A stretch of 64,000 nt of DNA from Candidatus Babeliales bacterium (GTDB lineage: Bacteria > Babelota > Babeliae > Babelales > JANWKD01), in the NCBI GenBank assembly GCA_963762115.1, contig CAVXJH010000003.1, positions 224,001 to 288,000 of the forward strand, read 5' to 3'. Made by a program: the position numbers and the translations under genes. The notes beneath the pieces were generated by a model. It saw only the letters and a program-made list of their open reading frames with translations. It had not been told where the DNA came from and ran no database searches. The stretch's first letter is position 1. The number at the start of each line of letters is the position of its first letter. This document shows positions 40,856 through 51,909 of this stretch, in pieces.

Positions 40856-41956
40856 CTAATCTGCTAATGCTATAGAATCATCAACTTCTTGAGCTGCCAG
40901 TACTTTTAATTGCGCTGGTACAGCTAAAACATTTCTTACTTCTAGCAAAATGGTATTTGCAAAATCAATTTTTTCTTTTAAATACACAAGTGCTTGTTCT
41001 CTTCCTTGAGCGAATTTTTCGCCTTTAAATGAAAGCCAAGATCCTGATTGTTGGATAACGCCAAACGTTATGGCAGCATCTAAAAGATCTAATTCTTTGC
41101 TAATACCTTCACTAAAGAGTAAGTCTAATTCAACTTTTCTAAATGGTGGTGCCATTTTATTTTTTACTACTTTTATAACTACTCTATTACCAAAATGAAC
41201 GTCATTCTTTTTTAAAGAACCAATTTTTCTTACTTCCAAACGAATTGAAGCATAAAATTTAAGAGCATTGCCGCCAGTTGTGGTTTCTTTATTAGCAAAA
41301 GGCATACTGTTCATCGTGTGACGTATTTGGTTAATAAAAATTAACACTGTTTTTGATTTATGAACAACGGGTGTTAATTTACGCAACGCTTGAGACATTA
41401 AGCGAGCTTGTAATCCCATATGAACATCGCCCATATCGCCTTCAAGTTCAGCTTTTGGTACAAGCGCAGCAACTGAGTCAATGACAATAATATCAACAGC
41501 GCCGGAACGAACTAACATTTCTGCAATATCAAGTGCTTGTTCGCCATAATCAGGTTGAGATATAATTAATTCATCAATATTAATCCCAAGATTGCTTGCA
41601 TATTTTGCATCTAAAGCATGTTCAGCATCAATAAAGGCACAAATGCCGCCATTTTTTTGAGATTGAGCAATAGCCTGCATAGCCAATGTTGTTTTACCTG
41701 AAGCTTCAGGACCATAAATTTCAACAATACGACCTCTTGGAAGCCCGCCAATGCCAATTGCATTATCAATAAGGATTGAACCTGTCGAAATAGCATCAAC
41801 AACACCATGTGGCGTTGAACCTAAAAGCATAACAGAGCCTTTCCCATATTCTTTATCGATTTGGGAAAAGGTAATTTCTAATGCTTTCTTTTTTGCCTCT
41901 TTATTTTCATTTAAAGGAGCAATTATTATTTTTTCAGTTTTTGATGTTTTACTCAT
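40856..41956 (-). CDS. recA: Recombinase A
   Basis: [34 protein letters not shown]. Confidence 0.99.
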   Translation of the reverse strand: MSKTSKTEKIIIAPLNENKEAKKKALEITFSQIDKEYGKGSVMLLGSTPHGVVDAISTGSILIDNAIGIGGLPRGRIVEIYGPEASGKTTLAMQAIAQSQKNGGICAFIDAEHALDAKYASNLGINIDELIISQPDYGEQALDIAEMLVRSGAVDIIVIDSVAALVPKAELEGDMGDVHMGLQARLMSQALRKLTPVVHKSKTVLIFINQIRHTMNSMPFANKETTTGGNALKFYASIRLEVRKIGSLKKNDVHFGNRVVIKVVKNKMAPPFRKVELDLLFSEGISKELDLLDAAITFGVIQQSGSWLSFKGEKFAQGREQALVYLKEKIDFANTILLEVRNVLAVPAQLKVLAAQEVDDSIALAD

Positions 41957-43928
41957 AAGGAAGGTTTTCTTCTTGTTTGTTATGAAGTGACTCTATAAAA
42001 TGTAGTGTAGCATTTCTGTATAAAGAAGCAACAAAGCCGCGTTCAATAAAGGATTGTTGCTCATCATAAAGCTCTTGTAAGAGGGCTGCTTTTTGCGCTT
42101 CAAATTCTTCATTATTAAATGGTTCAATGGCATTAAGCTTAATAAGATAACCAGTATTATGCTCATCAAAAGCAATTCCCAAAGAACCTTCTTTTTCCAA
42201 AGAAAGCATCTCTTGAACAGGAATTCCTTCTTTATGAAGTTCCTTTAATGCTTCATTATCACCCTTTTTTAAAGGACCATAAGCAGTAATAGTTGCCCCA
42301 AATTGTTTTTTTAGAAGGTCAAAAGGTTGTTCTTTTGCCACTAATTTAGCAGCCTCAAGAGCTTCTTGTTGCATTGCTTGCGCTTTGCGCACGAAAAAGT
42401 CATTTTTAACCTTATTTTCAACCTGAGCTAGTTCTGGTTTATGTGATTTTTCGATTTGATTTAGGTTAACGGCATATCCTTTATTATCATTAACAAAGAA
42501 TGCCCAATCACCAACTCTAAGCTTAAACAGCTTTTCAAGAATGGGAGAATTATCATTTTCTTGAAGGTCAATAGATTTTGATACTGCTTTTTTATCAAGT
42601 GCAAATGCTCGCAAAAGGTCAGCTGCCGTTGCCCGATTCATAAATCTGCTCATGTCATCTGAAAAGAGAGTTTTGAATCTTTGTCTCTTGAGTTCTGCAA
42701 TAATTTCAGGTTCAACCAAGGCAAATGGCTTATAAGCAGCTGGTTTTCTGGCAACACGTTGTAGTATTTCAAATCCTTCATTAGTTGCTAAAATATCTGA
42801 AATATCACCGTCTTTTTGTAAACGGAAAGCGCCGCGCTCAAATTCAGGATCTTTATCGCCTTTTTTGAAGAAATCAATAAGGCCGCCTTTGTTTGCCGAT
42901 GCTTTATCATCTGAATATTGTTTAGCTAAGCGATCAAAATCAGAAGGAGAATTGGCAAGTTCTTTTTTGATTTCTTGTGCACGGCTTTCAGCAGCTTTTA
43001 CTGCATCAGTATCAGCATTATCATTAACCTTAATTAAAATTCTTTTAACTTGTAACTGTAAGGGAGTCGCTACGTATTTTTTTGCTTTTTGATTATGGTA
43101 ATATCCTTCTGCTTCTGCCGTTGAAATAGCAATATTATAAGCTTCGGGTGAAAACTCCCACAGCACACCGGATCTTTTTTCATGAATCCAATATTTTTTA
43201 TGTTGTTTTTCAAAAAGAGAAGAAATTTCTTCTGCTGTTGGGTTTATTTCTTTTGCTTTGGCTAAGTAAGCCTTGAAGGGAAATTGTGCAATGAGGAAAG
43301 ATTTACCCAAATGTGCGGCACTATAATAATCCTTTATTTCTTGTGGAGAAACATAAGCTGATGCTGAAACCATTGAAAGAACCATTGAACGCTTTAATTT
43401 ATTTTCAATGTTTTTTTCAAAATCAGTAATAGTGAGTCGGTAATGTTGTAAATATTGATTGAGGCGGGTGGGATTGATCATCCCTTGCACTTCATCTAAG
43501 AGGTAGGGAGGGACAATATCGCCTAATTCTTTTTGTACGAGTGATGAGTTTTGTAAAATCTGTAGAATATAATCAGGAGCAATGCGTAGAGATAATGCAT
43601 CGGCTGTTTGATTAAGCAATTCTTCTTGAATAAGTGCTTGTAGTGCAACGGCCTTAGGATCATTTAAGCCTAATGATTGCAAGAGTCCTTCAGCCTGTGC
43701 GCCAAACTGCTCCCTGAAAAACTGTAGTCGTTCAGTTTCTTGAGCTACTTTACGCTCAAAGGGCAATATCTCAATAGGATGACTATTTACGGTTGCTATA
43801 GCAGCACGTCCACCGGTTTGCCGTCTAAAGAGTGCTGGAGAGAATAAGAGTGCCATAGCGATTAAAGTAACCCACAAGACAATCTTGAATCCCTGGCCTT
43901 TTAATTGATTGCGAATTTCTATAATCAT
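41949..43928 (-). CDS. PpiD/SurA-like membrane-anchored parvulin PPIase chaperone
   Basis: N-terminal [26 protein letters not shown] rotamase motif. Confidence 0.85.
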   Translation of the reverse strand: MIIEIRNQLKGQGFKIVLWVTLIAMALLFSPALFRRQTGGRAAIATVNSHPIEILPFERKVAQETERLQFFREQFGAQAEGLLQSLGLNDPKAVALQALIQEELLNQTADALSLRIAPDYILQILQNSSLVQKELGDIVPPYLLDEVQGMINPTRLNQYLQHYRLTITDFEKNIENKLKRSMVLSMVSASAYVSPQEIKDYYSAAHLGKSFLIAQFPFKAYLAKAKEINPTAEEISSLFEKQHKKYWIHEKRSGVLWEFSPEAYNIAISTAEAEGYYHNQKAKKYVATPLQLQVKRILIKVNDNADTDAVKAAESRAQEIKKELANSPSDFDRLAKQYSDDKASANKGGLIDFFKKGDKDPEFERGAFRLQKDGDISDILATNEGFEILQRVARKPAAYKPFALVEPEIIAELKRQRFKTLFSDDMSRFMNRATAADLLRAFALDKKAVSKSIDLQENDNSPILEKLFKLRVGDWAFFVNDNKGYAVNLNQIEKSHKPELAQVENKVKNDFFVRKAQAMQQEALEAAKLVAKEQPFDLLKKQFGATITAYGPLKKGDNEALKELHKEGIPVQEMLSLEKEGSLGIAFDEHNTGYLIKLNAIEPFNNEEFEAQKAALLQELYDEQQSFIERGFVASLYRNATLHFIESLHNKQEENLPYE

Positions 43929-44557
43929 GAATTACCTTTCTTTTCTGCATTCACCGATGATCGCATCGAAACAACTTGTACATCTTTTATTTTTTCAATT
44001 TTTTTTATGGTATCAACCAAGGCAATAAGTTCATTATTATCTGCGTAGAGAGATGTTACTGCTTGATACCAGTGTATCATCTTACCTTGCGCAGTTCTAC
44101 TTGTACGCTGCACTACTTGAATCTTAATACCCTTTTTTTGTAATCGTTCAGCAAATTGATTAACAGCCTTTTTTGTCCCGCCAAAAAGATACGCTTGATA
44201 GAGATTCGCATCAGTAGGTGCCGGAGTAGTCTCAACAACAGTCAAAACCTCTTCTTGGGAAGTAGGCTCAGATGTAACATTCTCTACCTTGTCAGATTCA
44301 ACCGGGCTATCATTATAGGTCGAAGGATTATAAGCAGTCTTCATCGCATATGATAATTGATCGGCAAAGGCGGTACGTTCAGTTTGCAAGATTATTTCTT
44401 CTGCGCTGGTACGTTTGCCCAAAAAGTATCCTGCTGTAAAGAGAAAGAATGAGCATAATAACAAACAAGCAACAATACGGCTAGCAGAATTTCTATCGAT
44501 AATTAATGTTGCTGGATCATTGCACTGGCATGATTTTTTTTCATTAGAATGTTTCAA
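43925..44557 (-). CDS. Single-TM protein, possible SPOR/FtsN-like C-terminal domain
   Basis: TM GYFLGK, acidic linker, small C-terminal alpha/beta domain. Confidence 0.5.
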   Translation of the reverse strand: MKHSNEKKSCQCNDPATLIIDRNSASRIVACLLLCSFFLFTAGYFLGKRTSAEEIILQTERTAFADQLSYAMKTAYNPSTYNDSPVESDKVENVTSEPTSQEEVLTVVETTPAPTDANLYQAYLFGGTKKAVNQFAERLQKKGIKIQVVQRTSRTAQGKMIHWYQAVTSLYADNNELIALVDTIKKIEKIKDVQVVSMRSSVNAEKKGNS

Positions 44558-45543
44558 AATGATTCACTCTCTTTATTTAGATTTGTTATGAGAAATGACA
44601 GTTGTTTAATATATAAATCATGATCTAATAATGTCAAGTCGAGCGTAGTAATTTTTGGTAACTTTAATGGTTCCGGCGAAATATATTCATTCAATTTTTC
44701 TGCCAATCCCCGCCAGAATGTTTCTTGTCGCTTAGCATACTTCCGTGTTTTTTGAGCGATTAAGTCGATTAGAAGAGCTTTGTCATGAGAATTAGTGAGT
44801 AAATAATGCACTATGTCATCATACCCAATTATTTTTTTAGCCAGCAAGAAATCCTGCCAAGGTGTCCCCAATAAACTCCTTGTTTCTTCTAACCATCCAG
44901 CATCAATCATAGTAGCAACTCGTTCATTAATACGCGCATAGAGATCATGACGTTCACGTGTACAATACATGAACAAATACGGCGCTATTGGATCGTATGT
45001 TGGTTTTTTCAATGAAGGTTTCACCCCGGTCTCATGCCATATCTGAAGAGCTCTTTGCAGCCTATAGGTATCATGGGGATGAATTGCTTGAGCGCGTTCA
45101 GGATCAATTTCAAAAAGTTGTTGCCATACATCGCCACCCAATAAAAAATCTTTTTCATGCTGAATATGAGACGGTGTACTATATTCTTGTGGCGGGAAAA
45201 AAAGTGATTGTAGATAAAACAAAGAACCACCAACAATCACGGGAATAGTATTTCTCTGCCAACATTGTTCAATCAATGGCAAAACAAGATTCCTATATTG
45301 AATAACGGTTAATGATTGAGGGGTACTAAGAACATCAAAAAGATGGTGAGGGACCTTCTCATGCCGCCAATCAGGCTTTGCCGTACCAATGGTTAATGGT
45401 GTATACAATTGACCAACATCAGCATTGATAATCTCCAAAGGAAAACTATCAGCTAAGCGCAAAACAAAATCTGTTTTGCCAACTCCGGTTGGTCCAGAAA
45501 CAATAATAATAAATTTTTTTTGTGAAGAAAGGATATGTTTCAT
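44554..45543 (-). CDS. miaA: tRNA dimethylallyltransferase
   Basis: GPTGVGKT, IGTAKP, HHL, VGGS, YAKRQETF. Confidence 0.96.
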   Translation of the reverse strand: MKHILSSQKKFIIIVSGPTGVGKTDFVLRLADSFPLEIINADVGQLYTPLTIGTAKPDWRHEKVPHHLFDVLSTPQSLTVIQYRNLVLPLIEQCWQRNTIPVIVGGSLFYLQSLFFPPQEYSTPSHIQHEKDFLLGGDVWQQLFEIDPERAQAIHPHDTYRLQRALQIWHETGVKPSLKKPTYDPIAPYLFMYCTRERHDLYARINERVATMIDAGWLEETRSLLGTPWQDFLLAKKIIGYDDIVHYLLTNSHDKALLIDLIAQKTRKYAKRQETFWRGLAEKLNEYISPEPLKLPKITTLDLTLLDHDLYIKQLSFLITNLNKESESF

Positions 45544-45610
45544 AGTGCTAAAAAACAATGGCGCTCAGAGAAAGAAGAAATCCATCTCTGAGCGTTTTAA
45601 TTCAAACCTA

Positions 45611-46147
45611 TTATAATGATTTATGTCTGCTAGAATGCGATACCTTGTCAATATACCCAAATACTGATCGTAAATGTTCAACTGCTTTTTCTGGCTCAAG
45701 CTTCTTTACAATTGATATTTCTTCAGCGATAAGCGCCTCAGTTTGATTCAAAAGATTTTTTTCGCCAAAAGAAAGTTCTTTTTGTTGTGCTATATGTTTG
45801 AGATCACGATATATTTCAGATATTTTCTGCAAATCTCCCGTCCTTAATTTTAATTGATACTCTTTATTTTTTTTATTCCAATTAGTTGCCGTTAATTCAT
45901 ATGAATTAATCTTTTTTGCCGGCTCCGCCAACATTTTTACAATGTCATTTATTTCATCTTGTGAACTTAATGGTCTAATGCCAATGCTTTCTGTATTTTG
46001 TGTAGGAATAAGAATCGTCATTTCTTTATTCAGAAAGGTAAGCTCATAAAACAGCGTTTGATTGCCAGCGATAATCTTTTCGACAATCTGATTAATTTTT
46101 GCAACACCATGTCCAGGATAAACAACTTTATCATTTAAGCGAAACAT
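45611..46147 (-). CDS. carD: CarD family transcription factor
   Basis: DKVVYPGHGVAKI, GIRP, W, LSFGEK. Confidence 0.93.
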   Translation of the reverse strand: MFRLNDKVVYPGHGVAKINQIVEKIIAGNQTLFYELTFLNKEMTILIPTQNTESIGIRPLSSQDEINDIVKMLAEPAKKINSYELTATNWNKKNKEYQLKLRTGDLQKISEIYRDLKHIAQQKELSFGEKNLLNQTEALIAEEISIVKKLEPEKAVEHLRSVFGYIDKVSHSSRHKSL

Positions 46148-46908
46148 AGGGAATCCCTCTTTTTTTTTAAGAAAACTCCCGACTACGCTTATAAACAAAA
46201 GCGATTGCCTGTACAGTTTCAAGCATAGCACGAAACTTAATTTTTTGTAAAAGAAACATTATATAAAAAATAGTGGGGAAGAGATTTACAAAGATAATAA
46301 TGTCATCGAAAACAAGGTATTACAAAAAAGCATGCTCAAAAAAATGAATGGCGCCCGTCTTCCCTTTTTAAGGAATGAACAACTTTAGAAGAAAGAAAAA
46401 GTAGTAAAGAGCAAGAGCAATACTATTAGTTTTTCAAATCAAACTAATACATAAAAAATGCTTCAGAAAAAAAGTTTTATACAAGATGAAAAAGAGTTAA
46501 AACGTGCTTAGGTTAGTGTTTATAAATTTAGTAGATGACGTGTATTGGTACATGATTAAAAGTTCCTATTTTAAGGATTTAATACGTTGTTTAATCTATA
46601 TGCGTTACCTACATGCGTGTAGAATCTTTTCTTTTTATTTTTTTTCTAGTAATCCCTCCTCTTACTTGCTTGCTATTCTTTTTTTTCTTTACTTTACTCA
46701 TAACTCATAACTTCTATACTGCGCTTTACCATATGTCACCGCATAGCAAGAACGCTAGGCTTACTCATAATACCTAATATCTATATATCTATCTCATAGT
46801 ACACCCATATACAATCATCCCTTCTCCCTTTTATTACTACTATGCCCTTCTTTACCCTTATACCCTAGCCCCTTATCTCTTTATTCATTATTCATTTGTT
46901 CTTTTAAA

Positions 46909-47066
46909 TCGACGCGACATTCAACAAGGCATCTTAGCAACGTAGTCGAGAGGCCGGCAGCCCCATTAAAAACACCTTGGTAAAGCTGCCGGCCTCGAAG
47001 ACGGAGTGCCGCGGCCGCGAAAATTGAGTATTGCAATTGGCAAGGGCGCCCTACCCCGGCCAACAT
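46909..47066. ncRNA. GC-rich structured element of unknown class
   Basis: GC island in an AT-rich intergenic region; perfect 12-bp stem gaggccggcagc/gctgccggcctc with flanking partial pairing. Confidence 0.4.
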
Positions 47067-47163
47067 ATTGTTTTTTTCATAAGGTGAAAATTATGCGACA
47101 AAGGGGCAACTCCTACTATGATTAGATAAAAAAATCAAAAAACCTCATAAAATAATGAGTAAA

Positions 47164-47229
47164 GTTGAGTCACTTACACTAAAGTAATTTGAAAAAATAA
47201 TTGACATTTTTTAATAGAAATATTATATA
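47164..47229 (+). promoter_or_regulatory. HAIR-like (HspR) operator and sigma70-type promoter of dnaK
   Basis: GTTGAGT-N7-ACTAAAG (HAIR consensus CTTGAGT-N7-ACTCAAG); TTGACA at 47201, 17 nt, TATATA. Confidence 0.6.
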
Positions 47230-47289
47230 TTTTTAAATAGAAATGCTGTTAAAATCGAAACAACTTTAATATAAAACAAAGGAATTAAT

Positions 47290-49170
47290 ATGGGAAAAAT
47301 AATAGGAATAGATTTAGGAACAACAAACTCTGTTGTAGCATTCATGGAAGGCGGATCACCTAAAGTCATACCAAGCAGTGAAGGGTCAAATATAATTCCT
47401 TCAGTCGTAGCCTTCACCAAAGATGGCAAAAGACTTGTAGGCACATTGGCAAAAAGACAAGCAATAACCAATCCAGAAAACACCATTTATTCAGCAAAAA
47501 GGTTTATTGGCTGTAAATATGATGAAATGGTTAATGAATTTAAAAATATTCCTTACAAAGTAACCAAAAGAAGCAATGGCGATATTGGCATTATTGCACA
47601 AGGCAAAGAATACACTCCTGAAGAAATAGCCGCAGCAGTATTAAGTTTGATCAAACAAACAGCGGAAGATTACTTGGGAGAAAAAGTAACAGAAGCAGTC
47701 ATCACCGTGCCAGCTTATTTTAATGACTCTCAAAGACAAGCAACAAAAGATGCAGGAAGAATTGCCGGCTTGGATGTAAAACGAATCATCAATGAACCAA
47801 CAGCAGCAGCACTTGCTTATGGTGATGACAAGAAAAAAAATGGTACCGTTGCCGTATTTGACTTTGGTGGCGGAACTTTTGATATTTCTGTCCTTGAAAT
47901 TCATGATGGCGTTATCGAAGTTAAATCAACCAATGGCGACACACACTTAGGTGGTGACGATATTGACCAACGTCTTATTTCTTACCTTGTTGAAGAGTTC
48001 AAAAAAGAGCAAGGCATTGATTTACGCAATGATAAGCTTTCATTACAAAGACTCAAAGAAGCTGCCGAAAAAGCTAAAATTGAACTATCAACAGTAGGTG
48101 AAACTGAAATAAATCTACCATATATAACTGCTGATGCATCAGGACCTAAACATCTTAATGTTAAAATTACACGAGCAAAATTAGAATCACTGTGTTCAGA
48201 TTTATTCACAAGACTTCTTGAACCATGCAAAAAAGCAATCGCTGATGCAAAAATATCACGCGATGCTATTGATGAAGTAATTTTGGTAGGTGGATCAACA
48301 CGTATGCCAAAAGTACAACAACTCGTTAAAGAATTTTTTGGCAAAGAACCAAACAGATCAGTCAATCCAGATGAAGTAGTTGCCGTTGGCGCAGCAATTC
48401 AAGGTGGCGTTCTAGCAGGAGAAGTAACTAATCTATTATTGCTTGATGTAACACCATTATCTCTTGGCATTGAAACAATGGGTGGTATAGCAACAAAATT
48501 AATTGAACGCAATACAACCATTCCAACCAAAAAATCACAGGTATTCTCAACAGCAGAAGCTAACCAAACAGCTGTTGACATTCGCGTGGTACAAGGCGAA
48601 CGAGAATTAGCAAAAGATAACAAGTTCCTTGGACAATTCAGACTAGAAGGAATTCCTGCAGCTCCACGTGGCATTCCTCAAATCGAAGTAACCTTTGATA
48701 TTGATGCAAATGGTATTGTTAATGTCTCGGCTAAAGATAAAGGAACCAATAAAGAGCAAAAAATAACCATCACCAGCAGCAGCGGACTCAGCAAAGAAGA
48801 AATCGATAAAATGGTTAATGATGCTAAAGCACATGAAGCTGAAGACAAAAAAACTCGTGAAGCTATAGATAAAAGAAATCGTCTTGATGGTTTAATTTTA
48901 GATATCGAAAAAACACTCGCAGAAAACAAAGAAAAATTAAGCGAAGAAGATATCAAAACAACAGAAGATGCTTTGGTAAAAGCACGTACAGCATTAGCTG
49001 AACATGCTCAAGATCCTGAAGCGCTACAAAAAGCAACAGATGAACTCATCCAAGCTTCACATAAAGTTGCAGAATTATTATATAAGCAAGCACAAGAAAC
49101 AACACAAGGCAACACTGAGGAAAATGCTCCAGAACAAGAGCAAGGTCCAATTGACACAGACATAAGTTAA
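47290..49170 (+). CDS. dnaK: Chaperone DnaK
   Basis: [32 protein letters not shown]. Confidence 0.99.
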   Translation: MGKIIGIDLGTTNSVVAFMEGGSPKVIPSSEGSNIIPSVVAFTKDGKRLVGTLAKRQAITNPENTIYSAKRFIGCKYDEMVNEFKNIPYKVTKRSNGDIGIIAQGKEYTPEEIAAAVLSLIKQTAEDYLGEKVTEAVITVPAYFNDSQRQATKDAGRIAGLDVKRIINEPTAAALAYGDDKKKNGTVAVFDFGGGTFDISVLEIHDGVIEVKSTNGDTHLGGDDIDQRLISYLVEEFKKEQGIDLRNDKLSLQRLKEAAEKAKIELSTVGETEINLPYITADASGPKHLNVKITRAKLESLCSDLFTRLLEPCKKAIADAKISRDAIDEVILVGGSTRMPKVQQLVKEFFGKEPNRSVNPDEVVAVGAAIQGGVLAGEVTNLLLLDVTPLSLGIETMGGIATKLIERNTTIPTKKSQVFSTAEANQTAVDIRVVQGERELAKDNKFLGQFRLEGIPAAPRGIPQIEVTFDIDANGIVNVSAKDKGTNKEQKITITSSSGLSKEEIDKMVNDAKAHEAEDKKTREAIDKRNRLDGLILDIEKTLAENKEKLSEEDIKTTEDALVKARTALAEHAQDPEALQKATDELIQASHKVAELLYKQAQETTQGNTEENAPEQEQGPIDTDIS

Positions 49171-49179
49171 TATACGGAC

Positions 49180-49222
49180 AAAAAAATAGGGGCGGACATT
49201 AAAACATCCGCCCCTAAAAAAA
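49180..49222. terminator. Terminator hairpin between dnaK and convergent gene
   Basis: taggggcgga...tccgccccta 10-bp stem. Confidence 0.75.
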
Positions 49223-49232
49223 TAACTACTTA

Positions 49233-49732
49233 TTAATTTTCTTCAACTAACTCATAACCCTCTGTTTCTGCTACAAACTGTCTGGCAGCAACATCACGCA
49301 TCATCGCTTGAGTGAGATTCTGTCTTTTTTTTCTCGTTACTGTAACGCCAAGATTACTCGCAAAAGAATTCAAATCCTGCGTCGCCATTTCATGCTTCTC
49401 GCGATTATCATCATCTGGTTTAGCTGAAACATCACTTTGTTCCAACACAAAGTCCCGAAGATCTAGTCGTTGATCAGAGCAAGAAGGAGAATATTGCGCA
49501 GACACATCCAAAGCAATTTCCAATACGGGTTCTGCATAAGATTCAATGCTAGAGCGCAGTTTTCTGGTTCTAGCATTTTGCCTTTTTGGCTTTTTATGAG
49601 CACCAATTCTTGGAATTTCAACCACCTTATTTTTATCCTCATTCAAACGAACTCTTTTTCTTTTTTTTCTTGCATACAATTACTACTTCCTACAAATCCC
49701 AAAAACAAAATAAATATTAGTAATTTATTCAC
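49233..49732 (-). pseudogene. Secreted basic protein frameshifted in an A8 run (49661-49668)
   Basis: GTG at 49732 gives MNKLLIFILFLGFVGSSNC-MQEKK, then the -1 frame continues RKRVRLNEDKN (ORF 49233-49679). Confidence 0.6.
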
Positions 49733-49914
49733 CAGTTGTCCCTATATTAAAATATAAAATATAATACCATACGATCACAAAGTGTATGATATTATATAAA
49801 AAAATCAATAACGCAAAAACAATATTAAGACGATTTTTTTGTTTTTTTGCAAAGGGAATTAAATAATAATTCAATACAGTAAGCTTAAATAACAATAAAA
49901 AGCGTTATTTTCTC

Positions 49915-50460
49915 TTAATTTTTTTCATGCTGACGATCACCATAACGCTGAGTCACCGGCATAATAAGCGAATCAACAACGTGAATAACACCATTTTTTG
50001 CAGGAATATCACGACTAATTATTTTTGATTTAGTAATACTCGGCGTTACAAAAAGAGACCCTGATCCATCTTTTTGGATATACACAGGCATCGTTAAAGT
50101 AGGAAATGCTGAAATGCCGCCCAATTGATAAGAAGGAATCCTTCCCAGCATAATATGCATACCGACAAGCTTTCTAACACGATTGATATCTTGAGCAATA
50201 TTATTAAGAGTGTTGGGAGAAATTTTTCTAAAAGCATACCAAACCGGCACAAAAACGGTTACTGGTGACATATCGCGCAAAGTTTTTACCATATCAGCTT
50301 TTTCTAACAATGCATAAAATTCCGGAAAATCGCGCGCAAGAATAGTAACAATATTTTGATTTGATGCACTTTCTGGCATACGCATAATTGCAGCATCAAA
50401 TGCTATCATTGGAAACACCACAAAAAAAACTAGTATATAACGAGCTCTAAAATTTTTCAT
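49915..50460 (-). CDS. Fasciclin (FAS1) domain protein
   Basis: TVFVP..AF, H, DIPAKNGVIHVVDSLIMP. Confidence 0.9.
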   Translation of the reverse strand: MKNFRARYILVFFVVFPMIAFDAAIMRMPESASNQNIVTILARDFPEFYALLEKADMVKTLRDMSPVTVFVPVWYAFRKISPNTLNNIAQDINRVRKLVGMHIMLGRIPSYQLGGISAFPTLTMPVYIQKDGSGSLFVTPSITKSKIISRDIPAKNGVIHVVDSLIMPVTQRYGDRQHEKN

Positions 50461-50571
50461 TGCTTGCCACCCAAAGATTTTACGTAGTATTAAATAATAT
50501 TAATTTAATAATAGAATTTTTGGGTGGCAAAAAGCAATACAATAAAAAACATAAAGATTACTATAATCTTC

Positions 50572-51465
50572 CTAAAGAGTGTAACCCTGCTTCAGTTCTT
50601 CTTGGTAAAAAATATACAAACCAATGAAAACAACGAATAAAGAAAGGAAGAAAGTCCAACTGACCATTTCACCCAAAAACAACCAGCCAAAAAGTGCGGC
50701 AAAAAGAGGAGTGGTAAAGCCAGCAAATGAAAGAAAAGTTGCTGTATAACGCGTCAGCAAGTAACCATAAAAGTTATAGAACAATATATTGGCAACCAGA
50801 ATAATAAGAGCTGTTAAACGAACAAATGGCCAAAATTGCATGATAGGAGAAATTGCCCATCCCTCAACAAAATATGAAGTAATTAAAGCTAAAATACCGC
50901 CACCAACCATGCCAACACCATTAACCATAATGGGGGAATATTCACCATCTTTTACTAACTTACGAAGCATAATCCAACCATACACTGCCGAACCAACAGC
51001 AAAAAGCATCACGACTTCAGGCAAAGAAATTAATGAAGATGCTGTATGAACAGATAAATTTGAAACTATTTCAGGTAAAAAACCACAAAAACCAATACCA
51101 AGCCCTAACCATTTTCTAGAGGTCATCTTCTCTGAAAAATAAAAATAAGAAAAAATTGCTGCGAAAAATGGCGATAAATTATAAAGAAATGACGATTTAA
51201 ATGAAGTCAAATATTGCAGAGACCACAAATCTAACATATAAGCAAAATACACATGAAAAAGAATTATTTGAAAGAATAATAACCTATCTTTTTTATGCAC
51301 AAAAAAAGCACGCCTATCTTTCAAATAGGTATAACCAAGAAGCAATAACCCGGCCACGAACATACGAATGCCCACAAAAAACAATGGTTTTACGTACTCT
51401 AACAATGCCTTACAAATAGTAAAAGTACTCGCACACAAAGCATATAACACAATAATCGAAAACAT
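50572..51465 (-). CDS. EamA/DMT family transporter
   Basis: Ten TM-like segments, two EamA repeats; FGWLFLGE. Confidence 0.9.
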   Translation of the reverse strand: MFSIIVLYALCASTFTICKALLEYVKPLFFVGIRMFVAGLLLLGYTYLKDRRAFFVHKKDRLLFFQIILFHVYFAYMLDLWSLQYLTSFKSSFLYNLSPFFAAIFSYFYFSEKMTSRKWLGLGIGFCGFLPEIVSNLSVHTASSLISLPEVVMLFAVGSAVYGWIMLRKLVKDGEYSPIMVNGVGMVGGGILALITSYFVEGWAISPIMQFWPFVRLTALIILVANILFYNFYGYLLTRYTATFLSFAGFTTPLFAALFGWLFLGEMVSWTFFLSLFVVFIGLYIFYQEELKQGYTL

Positions 51466-51503
51466 AGTTACCCTTCTATAAAACTACTTACTTTCTCACT
51501 ATT

Positions 51504-51533
51504 AAAAAAACAGGCAACGCCAAGCATTGCCTG
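51504..51533 (-). terminator. Intrinsic terminator after cupin gene
   Basis: Minus strand caggcaatgc-ttg-gcgttgcctg plus U7. Confidence 0.7.
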
Positions 51534-51544
51534 CAACTAATTTC

Positions 51545-51886
51545 CTAATCACCCTTAGATTTTAAACGGGCAGGCTCAAACATAAGAACTAACGATCTTT
51601 CTTCTGCCTTAGGTTTGTGTTGAAGCCCCTTAGGTATAACAGCTCCTTGATTTTCTTTCAAATCAATTGATCCTTTTTCAGTATCAATGGTAATTTTACC
51701 CTTGGCAACTAGAAAAAACTCATCATCTTCATCATGACTATGCCAATGAAAATCGCCCTTAAATGCGGCAGCACGAACGACCCAATCATTAATCCGAGCA
51801 ACTTCAATAGGACTCCAATAGTTTTCACCTATTTTTTCATTAATACTATCAAGATCATAAAATTGTAAAAATTTTTTAATATCCAT
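51545..51886 (-). CDS. Cupin domain protein
   Basis: GDFHWHSHDEDDEFF, IPKGLQHKP. Confidence 0.9.
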   Translation of the reverse strand: MDIKKFLQFYDLDSINEKIGENYWSPIEVARINDWVVRAAAFKGDFHWHSHDEDDEFFLVAKGKITIDTEKGSIDLKENQGAVIPKGLQHKPKAEERSLVLMFEPARLKSKGD

Positions 51887-51909
51887 AAAATCCTTTCAAA
51901 AATAACAGT

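Noticed and set aside
46504..47066. ORFs 46504-46710 and 46881-47066 as genes
   Set aside because: No RBS or protein-like pattern; they arise from compositional bias and the GC-rich hairpin.
47100..47290. CIRCE element at dnaK
   Set aside because: TTAGCACTC-N9-GAGTGCTAA is absent.
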